A stretch of DNA of 36,524 bases from assembly GCA_001661245.1 (NCBI GenBank), contig KV454011.1, forward strand, positions 248,001 through 284,524, given 5' to 3'. A program made the position numbers and the translations under genes. This document shows, piece after piece, positions 9,901 to 20,853 of the stretch (its first letter is position 1; every line of letters begins with the position of its first letter). Below the pieces are notes generated by a model that had not been told where the DNA came from, searched no databases, and saw only the letters and a list, made by a program, of their open reading frames with translations. Origin of the DNA: Pachysolen tannophilus NRRL Y-2460 (Eukaryota).

Positions 9901-11299
9901 ATGTCGCAGGAGGAGGAGAAATTATATCATGAGGAGATAGAGGTTGATGAGTCTAATAGTGGGGAAAATTTAATTAGTGAAGATAAACCTGGGGATTTAG
10001 GAGAAACAAATACTGAAGTTACAGATGCTAAAGATACAGATGCTAAAGTTACAGATGCCGCTGATGAAGCCGAGGAGGCTGAAGAAGCTGGAGAAGCTGG
10101 AGAAGTTTCTGTGCTGAATGGCGATCATAATGATAATAACGACGATAATGATGACGATGACGATGATGATGATTTTTCAGATTTATCCGATATTGATGAG
10201 AATGAGCTTCCAGCAGCTTATTTAGCTGATAAGGAACTTCTTAAATTAAGTAGACACAAGAGGAAAACCGATGATTCAAGAGAAGATGAGACCAATAGTG
10301 ATAGAATTAATGAAGATCAATCAAGAGCAAAGGAAAAGAAAAGAGCTAAAAATAGAAGAACTGATGTTGAAGAAGAATTTAAAGATTCTGCACCTTTAAT
10401 TGAAAATGAAGATGAATTAACTAAGAAAAGAAGATTATTGGAAGAAAAAATAGGATATGGCATTGAAAAATAAGACAGTTAAAAGAAGAAAAGGTGAAGA
10501 TGATATTGATTCTATGCAAGATGAAGCAATTTCACGTTTAAGAGATGCAATGAGAGAAGCTGCTTATAAAGATGCAGATTGTGTTAATAATGGTCAACCA
10601 GCAATAAATAAACTTTCATTATTATCTACAGTAAGAGATGTACTTTTACGTGCTAATTTGGCTGATTCAATACTTGATAATAATTTATTAGAAAGTGTTC
10701 GACTTTGGTTAGAACCACTTCCTGATGCATCATTACCAGCTTATGAAATTCAAAGAACATTAATAGAAGCATTACCACAACTTCCTATTAAAACTATACA
10801 TTTAAGAGAAAGTGGATTAGGTAAAGTTATGATTTTTTATCAAAAATCTAAAAGAGTTGAACCTAATTTAAAAAGAATTTGTGAAAAATTAATTGGTGAT
10901 TGGACAAGAGCTATAATGGGGAGATCTGATAATTATAGAGATAAATCTATTAAACAAGTTGATTATAGTTATTTCAAACATAAGGCAGATATTCCAACAC
11001 AAGCTAGAACTCAACAAATTGTCAATGCCAATAAATCCTTGTACGAAGAAAGTGCTGCAAGAAGAAATAGAGCAGCTGCTCCAGCTGCAAGAACAACAGC
11101 TTATAAAGTTGCTCCAAGAGCTAATCTTGCTGGTATTAATAGTAGAAATAAAAGAACATTACCCTCTGGAGTTGGTACTGCATTAAATAAAGATGAAAGA
11201 TTCAAATCATTAAGTCAAAGATTACATTCTATGGGTATTAAAAAGAAAGGAGCTAAAAAAGGTGGGGTTAGTATTGAAGGTAAAGGCATATCTATGTAA
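9901..11299 (+). CDS. SPN1: Transcription factor Spn1/Iws1 (one extra base near 10450-10453 splits the ORF)
   Basis: [37 protein letters not shown] and KLIGDWTR; acidic N-terminus is in the preceding frame. Confidence 0.93.
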
Positions 11300-11521
11300 T
11301 TTATATTACAATATTTAAGTGATAATTTTTTTTTTCCTTCTTTCTTTCTTTCTTTCTTTCTTTCTTTCCAAAACAATTATAATATATATATCTTAATATA
11401 TTAAACTATATGATAGTAATAATAATAATTAAAAAAACAAAAAAAAATTTTTTTCTTCTCTTTTTTTTTCAATCTTATTATTCAAGAGAACAACAATAGT
11501 AATAATAATAATAACAACAAC

Positions 11522-11959
11522 TTATGATCTTGGCTTTTCCTTCTTCTCTTTCCAAAGAGCTAATAATGAAACACCTGAAACTTTAACAACCTTGAATCTA
11601 ACACCTGGAATATCACCCTTAGCCTTACCTCTTCTACCGAAACCTGCTAATAAGACTTCATCATTTTCATCGACAAAGTTCAAACAACCATCGTTTGGAA
11701 CAAAGGCAGTAACTCTCTTACCGTTCTTGATCAATTGGACTCTAACACATTTTCTAATAGCAGAGTTTGGTTGTTTTGATTCAATACCAATTTTTTCTAA
11801 AACAATACCTTTAGCATGGGAAGAACCACCAAATGGAGAAGATTTAAAAGCAGTACCCAATAATCTGGATTTATATGATTGATCCGCCCATCTGTTATTA
11901 CGACGGTGGACTCTTAACTTTCTAGCAGAGTTGATACCTCTTGGTTTACCGTTACCCAT
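11522..11959 (-). CDS. RPS23: 40S ribosomal protein uS12 (S23), no intron in the CDS
   Basis: Near-identical to yeast Rps23 ([33 protein letters not shown]). Confidence 0.99.
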   Translation of the reverse strand: MGNGKPRGINSARKLRVHRRNNRWADQSYKSRLLGTAFKSSPFGGSSHAKGIVLEKIGIESKQPNSAIRKCVRVQLIKNGKRVTAFVPNDGCLNFVDENDEVLLAGFGRRGKAKGDIPGVRFKVVKVSGVSLLALWKEKKEKPRS

Positions 11960-12233
11960 CTTGAAATTATTCTATATATATATATATAATATTCAATATA
12001 TAAAAAGATATATATAAAAATTAATGAAAAAAATTATATTTACTTTTTTTTTTTCTTCTTTACTTTTTCTTCTTCTTCTCTCTTTACCTTGTTATGGATT
12101 GGAAGAATTTTTCATTTTTTTTTTTTCTTTTTCAGGGGCTTCGTAACGTACCATAAAAACCAGTAGTGCATTAATTGCAACATTAATTACCAGAAAAAAC
12201 CCAAATTAGGAAAGAGGATAAGGTTAGCAAAAA

Positions 12234-12241
12234 TGTGACTG
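12234..12241 (-). promoter_or_regulatory. Homol-D element (CAGTCACA) upstream of RPS23
   Basis: TGTGACTG on the + strand, ~275 bp upstream of the RPS23 ATG; a known fungal ribosomal-protein promoter motif. Confidence 0.55.
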
Positions 12242-12281
12242 GTATTATTTTAAGAAAGAAAGTCAAAAAAATAATTTCAAA

Positions 12282-12290
12282 TTAGGGCTA
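12282..12290 (+). promoter_or_regulatory. Tbf1 site TTAGGGCTA upstream of RPS23
   Basis: Matches the Tbf1 element of Candida albicans ribosomal-protein promoters. Confidence 0.6.
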
Positions 12291-12488
12291 AGAACCCCGG
12301 AAGGAAAAAGTAAAATTTTAAAAACATTAGTAGTGTGTGGTAAACAAAAAAACCAATCGAAACCAAACCAAACACACTTCTTTTGGTTTTCTTTTTTCGG
12401 AAACATTGTGTTGGTGCCGCACTACCTTGTTTTGTACTATTAATTTTCTTTTTTTTTTTTTTAGGAGATACAACAGTTGAAGTGTTGT

Positions 12489-12519
<31 letters not shown>

Positions 12520-12556
12520 AGGAACCATTGGCGGTTAATTTTTTTTTTTTGAAGTA

Positions 12557-14110
12557 ATGACATTGGAGCAAAATGGTTTGGATGATCATATACAGCTACT
12601 TGTGGCCCAATATTTGCAGGCGAACAGGCACACCAAGACTTTGAAGCAATTTGAGATAGAGGTGGATCGGCCTTTGAGTAGTCACTTGGCTGCTGAAGAT
12701 GTCTGTGGTGTTGGCGGCAAGGCCATTCTTGAAGAATCTTTGGAGTCAATTATTAGGGATAGGATGAATTTTATTAAGGCTGGAAGTACAGAGAGGGATA
12801 TTTCAAATTTTAGTAATGAAATTCATACACCTCTGCAGAAACTGTTGATAGAGAAAAATGGGTTAGAAATTTTAAAATGGACATTGCCCTATCCAAACAG
12901 GGTTGGTCAGATTGATGCTGGAAATGGGAACTCATTGGTTATACACTCGTCTTTTGTCAAGATGAAGATTCTGTCACAAACGGTTTTTGTAGCTTTGTTT
13001 TCAATGTCAAATAAGACTTTACTTATGATTGATTTAATAACGAAAACTCCATTGATGACATATTCAAACTTACATGGTAATAGTGTTGTTGGGAGAATTG
13101 CAATTGGAATAGATGGTACAAATTTTATTATTAGTTGTGGAATGGATGGGAAACTGATTTTATGTTCAATTGATGGAAATTATCAATTGGAAAAAATTTC
13201 TGAAATTCAATTACATCAAAGATTAGTTACATCTTTAAAATATCTTTATATTAATGATGAAGAATATTATTTATGTTCTATAGGGTGGGATTTTAAAGTT
13301 AAAGTGCACAAATTAAATGTGAAAAATGGAACTTGGGAAGTAATTGGTTATAATAGGTTATTAACAAATGGTACTTGTATGGAAACTTTTTGGTTCCCTA
13401 CTTTTAATAATATAAAATACCCTCTCATCATTGTAGGAAGGTTAGACAGTTCATTATTATCATATTTTATTATAGATGAAAGGGATAAAAAATTGATTCA
13501 AATATGTTCATTATCCTTAAATGATTCTGAATTTAATAATCATTCATTCCATCCAACTTCAATGGTAATTACGAAAACTACAGATAATAACAAGTTTTTA
13601 ATTACAGTGGGTACAAATCATATACCTTATATGAGAATTATAACAATATTACTACCAGATATACAAGAATTAATCAATGAAAATCCTATAATATCAAATG
13701 AACAAAATTCAATAATAATGCTGGATATTTCTAAAAAATTATCACAAATTGCATTAACCTCTTCAAATGAACAATCTTTTGCAAATGCTTCATCAATACC
13801 AATAATAAGAAATATAACAGTGTCTAACCTAAATTCCCTTTCACCACAGGATAAATATTCTAATGGAATTATTATTTCTAGATCATCTTTAGGAAAAAAT
13901 GGAATTTACATTCTGGGTGATGATGGTAAGATTAGAGGTTTGGATTTAAAAGATGGTCATATCATAGAATTAAAGGGGAAAACTCACGAGGGAAGAATGA
14001 AATCAATGTTGTTAGGAGAAATAGATGGAATTGGTGAAATAATAGTAAGCTGTGGCGCAATTGATAAAACCATTAAAATTTGGGAATGTGATTCTTTTGA
14101 ACTAAATTGA
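12557..14110 (+). CDS. LisH/WD40-like protein, probable YGR117C homolog
   Basis: LisH-like N-terminus (LLVAQYLQANRHTKTLKQFEIE) and WD-like ends (SCGMDGKL, SIGWDFKVKVH, DKTIKIWE). Divergent from RPS23 like YGR117C/RPS23A. Confidence 0.7.
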   Translation: MTLEQNGLDDHIQLLVAQYLQANRHTKTLKQFEIEVDRPLSSHLAAEDVCGVGGKAILEESLESIIRDRMNFIKAGSTERDISNFSNEIHTPLQKLLIEKNGLEILKWTLPYPNRVGQIDAGNGNSLVIHSSFVKMKILSQTVFVALFSMSNKTLLMIDLITKTPLMTYSNLHGNSVVGRIAIGIDGTNFIISCGMDGKLILCSIDGNYQLEKISEIQLHQRLVTSLKYLYINDEEYYLCSIGWDFKVKVHKLNVKNGTWEVIGYNRLLTNGTCMETFWFPTFNNIKYPLIIVGRLDSSLLSYFIIDERDKKLIQICSLSLNDSEFNNHSFHPTSMVITKTTDNNKFLITVGTNHIPYMRIITILLPDIQELINENPIISNEQNSIIMLDISKKLSQIALTSSNEQSFANASSIPIIRNITVSNLNSLSPQDKYSNGIIISRSSLGKNGIYILGDDGKIRGLDLKDGHIIELKGKTHEGRMKSMLLGEIDGIGEIIVSCGAIDKTIKIWECDSFELN

Positions 14111-14276
14111 TAAATTGTTTATCAAATTTTAAATTTGTAGTGCATTATCGTTCTACCGAAAGGAAAAAAAAAAAAAAAAGTATGATTTTTTGATATATTT
14201 AATATTTATTTAATTATTATTATTATTTTACTTCTTTTTATTAGGTATTGTTTCTCGATAAACTTTAAAGAATACA

Positions 14277-15347
14277 ATGTCATTGACACCAGCTGAAAAG
14301 GCTATTTCAGGTGCATTATCATCAGTAATTGCAAACACTGTAGTCTATCCTTTGGATTTGGTCAAGACCATTATTCAAACCCAAGAGAAACACAAGTCCA
14401 AAGAGGGAAATGATTCTGCAGCAACAAAGGAAGAATATGATAACGCGTTAGATTGCTTAATTAAATTATACAAAAAGAAAGGAATTACTGGATTATATAG
14501 TGGCATTGAGGCTTCATTGATGGGTACTGCTTTCCAGAATTTTTGTTATTTTTATTGGTATTCTGTGGTTCGTAATGTTTATAACGATTTAATTGTTAAT
14601 CGTGGGGTAATTAACAAGAAAAAAATTGGACCAAGAGAAAGTAAAATTGTTAATGAATTATTATTGGGTGTAATTGCTGCTAGTATTTCTCAAGTATTTG
14701 TAACTCCAATAAACGTTATTAGTACATCTCAACAAACTAATTCAAATGAGTTAACAAAAGAAGAATTGGTTCAAGAACAAAAAGATATTGAATCTAAAAA
14801 TTTATTGATTCAAAAATTATTAAAACTTTCTATTATCAGAACTGCATATAGAATTATTAAGAGGGATGGAATTTTATCCTTATGGAATGGATTAAAAGTA
14901 TCATTAGTCTTATCATTAAATCCTTCTATTACCTATGGTTCTTATGAGAGATTAAAACATTTACTTTACGGTTCTCACGTTGAATATTTGAAACCAATTC
15001 AATCATTCACCCTCGGTTTATTATCCAAGATATTAGCCACCTTGATAACTCAACCATTAATTGTAAGTAAAGCTACTTTACAAAGTAGCCAGTACGGTCA
15101 TAAGTATCATAGTTTCCAAGATGTCTTGGTTCATTTATACAAGGAAAATGGCTTATTAGGTTTATGGAGAGGTATCTTACCACAAATTTCTAAAGCTGCA
15201 CTTGTTCAAGGATTGTTATTCATGTTCAAAGACCAATTTGATATATTATTTATATTCATTTTGAAATTGATTGGATATCAGAAAAAGTACAAGAAATTGA
15301 TAATGATAACAGAAAGTAGCATGACCACTATTATTAAAAGAAATTGA
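14277..15347 (+). CDS. ANT1: Peroxisomal adenine nucleotide carrier (mitochondrial carrier family)
   Basis: YPLDLVKTIIQTQ, YFYWYS, LVLSLNPSITY, TQPLIVSK and LPQISKAALVQGLLFMFKDQ; near NAT3/SCD6 as in S. cerevisiae. Confidence 0.9.
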   Translation: MSLTPAEKAISGALSSVIANTVVYPLDLVKTIIQTQEKHKSKEGNDSAATKEEYDNALDCLIKLYKKKGITGLYSGIEASLMGTAFQNFCYFYWYSVVRNVYNDLIVNRGVINKKKIGPRESKIVNELLLGVIAASISQVFVTPINVISTSQQTNSNELTKEELVQEQKDIESKNLLIQKLLKLSIIRTAYRIIKRDGILSLWNGLKVSLVLSLNPSITYGSYERLKHLLYGSHVEYLKPIQSFTLGLLSKILATLITQPLIVSKATLQSSQYGHKYHSFQDVLVHLYKENGLLGLWRGILPQISKAALVQGLLFMFKDQFDILFIFILKLIGYQKKYKKLIMITESSMTTIIKRN

Positions 15348-15450
15348 AAGATCAAAAATTGAAAAAAAAAAAAACAACTTACCTATGAAATTAAATATAT
15401 ATATGTATATGAATGAATACAGAATAATGATATGAATAAAGTTCATTAAC

Positions 15451-16053
15451 TTAAAACCTGACTTCTTCAGGTAAAACATTAAATTTTTCACCGTTTTCTC
15501 TAACACATTCATGATTAACATCTCTTTTTAAAGATTTCCTCATATCAAATGCATCAACATCATCATTTGTTTTGTTTTTATCAATTTCATAATTTATATT
15601 ACCACTACTACTACTATAATATCCCACTACTCTTCTATATATGGAATATCCTAATTTTTCATATAATGTAATTGCCAATTTATTATTACACCTAACAAAT
15701 AAATCAATGAAATATGTATAATATGGTTCTTCTTCTTCTGTAGATTTTTGTAGATGATTACACAAATGTGAAGCTAAACCTAATCTTCTATAAGTTGGAC
15801 TTATGGTCACTGCAGTAATATGAGTATGCCATTCTTTTGAATGACCTTCATTTTTCCCCATCATGTATCCTGAAGGAGTTGTTAACAATTCATTATTGAA
15901 TAAAATTGGCGATTCAGATTTGAAAAATAATGATGGCCAATCAGAAAGGTATTGTAAATAAAAGAAAACTTGGAAATTTTCTGTTAATGAATCCAAATTA
16001 ATAGCATTCAACGTGAACAAATCTGTAGCTTGAAATGGGACTATAGAAGTCAT
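15451..16053 (-). CDS. NAT3: NatB catalytic subunit (Naa20)
   Basis: INLDSLTENF, EWHTHITAVT, YRRLGLAS, FIDLFVR and DAFDMRK. Confidence 0.96.
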   Translation of the reverse strand: MTSIVPFQATDLFTLNAINLDSLTENFQVFFYLQYLSDWPSLFFKSESPILFNNELLTTPSGYMMGKNEGHSKEWHTHITAVTISPTYRRLGLASHLCNHLQKSTEEEEPYYTYFIDLFVRCNNKLAITLYEKLGYSIYRRVVGYYSSSSGNINYEIDKNKTNDDVDAFDMRKSLKRDVNHECVRENGEKFNVLPEEVRF

Positions 16054-16515
16054 GATCCTGTATAGATAACTTCAATTCTATTTATATTTAATGCAATGAT
16101 ATAAAATAAATTATCAATTTCATTTTTCACTATTTTTTTTTTTTTTTTTTAATTAAAAAAGAATAATTTACAGTAAATAATACAATTAATATTACAAATT
16201 CACAGTTTTAATTTTAAGATACAAGACAGATGATCAATTATCTCGAGTATAATCATGACTTAGCTTTAAAGATAGAGATAATAAAATAATAATAAGAAGA
16301 ATAATAAAGAACAAAGAGAGTTGGGCGGAACCAAACAAACAAACAAACAAATGAAAAAAAAAAAAAATTGGCTAATATCTTAAATCATTTTACTATACAA
16401 CAATTGGGTTTTCTTTTTTTTTAAAAAATTCTTCTATCTTTTCAATAAATTTTTTATTTTTTTTTCATCCACATTTTTAAGAATTAAAATTCAATTTAAG
16501 GTCTAAAATCTAGAA

Positions 16516-17659
16516 TTAAACCCACTCTGGTTTTTCTTTATTATCGCTACGGTTGTAGTTATTATTATAACCACCTCTTCCTCTATAACCACCACCTCTT
16601 CCACCTCTGTTATTGTACCCTCCTCTGTTATTATAACCTCTATAATTACCTCTTCCTCTTCCTCTACCACTATAATTTCTGTAACCAGCAGTATGTAGGG
16701 ATTCTTGACCAAATGTATCATTATTTAATTTTTTTTCTTCAGCCCATCTTAATCTATCAGCTTGATTTTCTTCAGTTGAAGATGAAATTGTATCAAAAAA
16801 TGAAGATTTTTTATTATAATTTGGTTCTTCTCCACTTGCTGGGTTTGATTCTTGTTGTAAAGATTCATCTTTTGAAAATTTTGCATTGTTAGACTCAAAA
16901 TCAAACTCAGTTGATGGAACTTCTTTAGCATTCTGCTGCTGCCTATTACCATTGTTTGGCTTATTATGTTGATTATATCTCTGATACTGATTATGATACT
17001 GTTGCTGGTGCTGCTGCGGGTGCTGTTGCTGATAATGCTGTTGTTGCTGGTGTTGTTGCTGTTGCTGCAGAGGCTTTTGCTCCTGGTGGTGAACAGTCAG
17101 TGGCACAGGTTGAGGCTGAGGCATTGACACTGGCGCTTGCGCTTGACCTGACCCTTCTTCTAAACTCGTTGGAGCCGCAGTGGGAACAGCAGTGGAAGCA
17201 GAAGCAGCTGCCGCCGCTGCCGCCGCCGACCCCGCTGGAGTCCCTGAAACCCCCAGCGGCGCAACAATTGGAATTGCTTGAACCTGATCAGCAGGAATAT
17301 CCAAAATATTCAAATCCTTAACATCTGAACCTTTAAACAAGACAAATTCATAAATATCTGGTCTTGGATGAATTTCCTTTGAATAATCTCCAATTCTACC
17401 CTCAGTACCTAACGATCTAACTTTTGTTAACGACACTGTACCTTCATCACCATTAATATTATCCAAAATTCCAACATAACTAAAAAAAAAAGAAAAATAA
17501 AGAAAAAACATGTTAGTCAACAATAGTCATTGAAAAATTAATTAATTATCACCAATTTTCTTGGTTTTTTTTCTCTCTCTCCATCTCCTTCTATCTAATA
17601 ACTTACCGAATACCTTTATTTGAAATTAAAGAAATGGTTTTACCAATATACTGAGCCAT
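16516..17659 (-). CDS. SCD6: Lsm14-family decapping activator Scd6; complement(join(16516..17479,17607..17659))
   Basis: Spliced N-terminus MAQYIGKTISLISNKGIR-YVGILD (Lsm domain), plus FDF, FFD, TFG boxes and an RGG tail. Intron 17480-17606 has GTAAGT, GACTAAC and TAG. Confidence 0.95.
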
Positions 17660-17987
17660 CTTTAAAATAATACACAATCAATAAATCAATAAATTCAAAA
17701 ACAAAAAAAAAAAAAAAAATTTATTATTATTTATTTTATTTTATTTTATTTTATTTTACTCCACCAATTGAAATCAAATAGAATCACAAACAAAAAAATT
17801 TATCAATACCTAGATACCCTTCTATAGTCACTACTATGATTATAACTATCTAAGATAAATTAAATTAAAAAAGTGGAAAAGAATTGTTTTAATTTCAAGT
17901 TATTATTATTGTTGGACACAAGAAATTTTCTAATTTTCTTTGACCAAAAGCAAAAAAAAAAAAAGCAAAAAAAAATAAATTAAAAAA

Positions 17988-17996
17988 TCACGTGAC
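17988..17996. promoter_or_regulatory. Cbf1/CDEI-type site TCACGTGAC
   Basis: Exact motif next to poly-A tracts upstream of SCD6. Confidence 0.5.
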
Positions 17997-18153
17997 CGAC
18001 AACAACATCAACAACGACGACGACGACAGCAGCAGCGACAGCGACGAGGACAGCAGCAATAGCGGCAGGAAAAGGACGATGAAGGATAGAAGATAGAGGA
18101 GGATTAAGCTCTAGTTAGTAGGTAAAGGTTGATTCACGGGGGTTAACCAATTT

Positions 18154-19143
18154 TTAGTACCTACCAAAGTCATCTTCATCTTGTCTGTAATTTGTTGCGT
18201 TTCCATAAGCAGTTCCTCTACCACCATAAGTTGTACTTTGTCCCGAATTATTACCATCACCGATAGAGTAAGCTGTATTACCTCCATAAGTAGTACCTGG
18301 TCTTCTATTTGATCTATCTAAATCTTGTAAAGATAATCCAATATTTGCAATTTTATCTCTAAGAGCCAAGATTGCTTTTATAACCACTTCATTTGGAGCT
18401 AAACTTCCAACAGTTTCAACATTTATATAAAATTTATTTGGTTTTGCATTAAAATCAAAAAGTTCATTTTTATTTGGAGGTTCTTCCCAATCACAATTTG
18501 TTGATTTTGGCCATTCTTTTTCAGCATCTTGTTCAAACCAATAATCTGTATGTTTTAATTTATTCCATGGATCATATTCAAATCCAACTGCAGAACATGG
18601 AGACCATTTTGCATGTTCTTTTGCAATTCCCTTTTTAGCAATACATTTTAATTTTAATTCTTGATGTTTTTTCAATTTACAAATTAAAACTCCATTTGAA
18701 TCTAAATCTCTTATAATTGGTTGTCCTAAAGAAGACATTGTAGTACTTGATATTTGATCATCTTGACGAACAACAACTAAATCCCTAGAATATATATTAA
18801 GAGTAGAATCACTTGTACATTCTGCTCGAAGTTCTAATTCAACAGAACATTTACCACAATGATCTTCACAAGTACAATCTCTTGAATATAATAAATCATC
18901 AATAGCATCACTATTTAATGGAATCAACCCTAACCGATGAGATATAAACTCATCTGCTAAAACAGAAGTATTCGTCTCTATTTCAACTAAATCAATAGCT
19001 AATGTGGCAACTTCTGCTAACATCGTTCTTCTAAGAGAATTAGCTAAAGCTAAATCAACACCTCCTAATATAAAATCAACTTCATCACGACCAGTCTTTC
19101 TAATCGTCACAGAAGGACCTTCTTCATTTATCTCAGTATCCAT
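18154..19143 (-). CDS. RPB3: RNA polymerase II subunit Rpb3
   Basis: [34 protein letters not shown] and [14 protein letters not shown]. Confidence 0.98.
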   Translation of the reverse strand: MDTEINEEGPSVTIRKTGRDEVDFILGGVDLALANSLRRTMLAEVATLAIDLVEIETNTSVLADEFISHRLGLIPLNSDAIDDLLYSRDCTCEDHCGKCSVELELRAECTSDSTLNIYSRDLVVVRQDDQISSTTMSSLGQPIIRDLDSNGVLICKLKKHQELKLKCIAKKGIAKEHAKWSPCSAVGFEYDPWNKLKHTDYWFEQDAEKEWPKSTNCDWEEPPNKNELFDFNAKPNKFYINVETVGSLAPNEVVIKAILALRDKIANIGLSLQDLDRSNRRPGTTYGGNTAYSIGDGNNSGQSTTYGGRGTAYGNATNYRQDEDDFGRY

Positions 19144-19402
19144 ATTCAAAACTCAAAACTTAAAACTCTCTTTCTACTCTTTCTTTCTCCGTCTTCTCTT
19201 GTTACCATTAAATGAATTAATTTATTCTTTTATCGTTGTTGTTGTTGGAAATGGCGAATATTTTCATATTTTTGGAAAATATTTCAAAACCTCCAGAAAT
19301 TGAGTCTGTACAAACTACTGAGAACAATTTTTATTTAATTGATGTTAAGAACCAACAACGACAACGACAACAAGCTGAGGATATATAAGTATAATATAAG
19401 GA

Positions 19403-19603
19403 ATGTCGATCAAGATTCCAGACTTGAGGTTTGAGCAATCGTTTATGAGAAGTTTGGAGAAGAATGCGTTGAGTAGTGATGGGTTTGAGTTGGAAGCAAA
19501 GACAAATAAAAAAAATCATCATCACAAGAGAGGTACTAATGATGATACTAATGATGGTACCAATGATGGTTCCATGAAACCGATTAAAGCTGTGATTACT
19601 CCT
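19403..19603 (+). CDS. DUF1770-family protein, N-terminal part (as assembled it runs into the His6 C-terminus)
   Basis: [10 protein letters not shown] motif. Its expected C-terminus ([20 protein letters not shown]...) lies on the minus strand at 19769-19972. Confidence 0.7.
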
Positions 19604-19702
19604 AATGGTAAAGTTGATTTAACATTTGGAAGTGCTTTAGATATCTTTGGAGGTGAATTAGTACGATTTAAAGATTGTTGCCAATGGAATAAAAATCATT
19701 AA
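19604..19702 (+). CDS. HIS6: HIS6 C-terminal 32 aa, inverted
   Basis: [32 protein letters not shown], compare S. cerevisiae His6 [31 protein letters not shown]. Confidence 0.92.
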   Translation, partial: NGKVDLTFGSALDIFGGELVRFKDCCQWNKNH

Positions 19703-19768
19703 AAAAAAAAAAAAAAAGAAAAGACAAAGATATATATATATATATATAGATGTATATACGTTCAACGA

Positions 19769-19972
19769 TCAACGTTTAAGATTAAACCTATTACTTTGTG
19801 GCTTGACATTAGTCAACCCCAATGACCCAAATACATGAATGCCAAAGTCCCTACCATGTTGGAAAATTTTTTGTAAAAAAGGTCTCAGTATCATTAACGC
19901 ACCTGCTATTGCAAATCCTTCAACAAGTGGTACCACAACGGTATCTTTAATCACGGTATATATGACAATCTG
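19769..19972 (-). CDS. DUF1770-family protein C-terminal part, inverted (fused in frame to His6 as assembled)
   Basis: Hydrophobic [31 protein letters not shown] is unlike His6 and fits the segment that follows PDLRFEQS in this fungal family. Confidence 0.7.
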   Translation of the reverse strand, partial: QIVIYTVIKDTVVVPLVEGFAIAGALMILRPFLQKIFQHGRDFGIHVFGSLGLTNVKPQSNRFNLKR

Positions 19973-20677
19973 ACTCAATTTCTCAACTAAAGTTAAATCT
20001 GATAAACTATTTGCTCCTCCTGCATATGTAACTGGCTTATCATTACACCATTTACCAAGCATCGATACTAAATTTTGATCAATTCCTTTACATAACCCTT
20101 CAACATCAGCAGCATGAACTAAAAACTCATCACAATATGGTGATAATTCTTTGAAAAATTCCATTGAAAGTTGTTTATCAGTAATAGTTTGCCATTTATT
20201 TATAGCAACAAACCATTGAATTTCACCATTATTACTAATTTTACAACGACAACTTAAATCAATTACTAAATGTTTAGAACCAACTTTATTAGAAATTTGT
20301 TCAAGTCTTTCTAATGAAAATTTCCCATCAGGGAAAAGCCATGAAGTTATAATTACATGTGATGCTCCATTTTCAATCCAATATTTGGCATTTCCATCAT
20401 TTATAGAACCACCAATTTGTAAAGCATCTGGCCAAGCTCTTAAGGCCTCTAACGCAACTCGATCATTCAGCTCATTGGTACCTAACTTGATAACATGAGT
20501 TCCTGTAATATTATTCTCTTTGTATAAATTCAGATAATACGAAGATGGTCTTGTAGATACAAAATTCGTTGAGAGTTTGTTATCTACCCCATTCAAATCA
20601 TCTCTTGAAAGAGTCCCTCCAACAATCTGCTTCACCTGCCCCGAATGAATATCTATACACCCTCTGAATCTTGTCAT
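19973..20677 (-). CDS. HIS6: ProFAR isomerase His6, N-terminal 235 aa
   Basis: [39 protein letters not shown] and YAGGA. Homology stops at LVEKLS. Lies between RPB3 and FAF1 as in S. cerevisiae YIL021W-020C-019W. Confidence 0.96.
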
Positions 20678-20771
20678 CTCTAAACTAGATTGTTGAAAGC
20701 TAATTGATAAAAGTTATTTTATAAAATGATGAATTTAAAGGAAAAAAAAAGAGAAAATAAAATAAAAATAG

Positions 20772-20782
20772 TGAAAAATTTT
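20772..20782 (+). promoter_or_regulatory. RRPE element TGAAAAATTTT upstream of FAF1
   Basis: Consensus ribosome-biogenesis motif ~70 bp before the ATG. Confidence 0.55.
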
Positions 20783-20853
20783 TTTAAATAAATCAGAACA
20801 TTAGATTTATGATATTTTTTTTAAATTATTATTTAATTATTAGTATATAGGAG

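Noticed and set aside
17480..17523. ORF-track start MLTNMFFLYF of SCD6
   Set aside because: Translated intron pyrimidine tract; exon 1 is at 17607-17659.
17988..18120. Point centromere (CDEI-like TCACGTGAC)
   Set aside because: The flank is a promoter poly-A region with no convincing CDEII-CDEIII arrangement; better read as a Cbf1 site.
19403..20677. 99-aa and 302-aa ORFs as ordinary independent genes
   Set aside because: Both are chimeras created by the 19604-19972 inversion.
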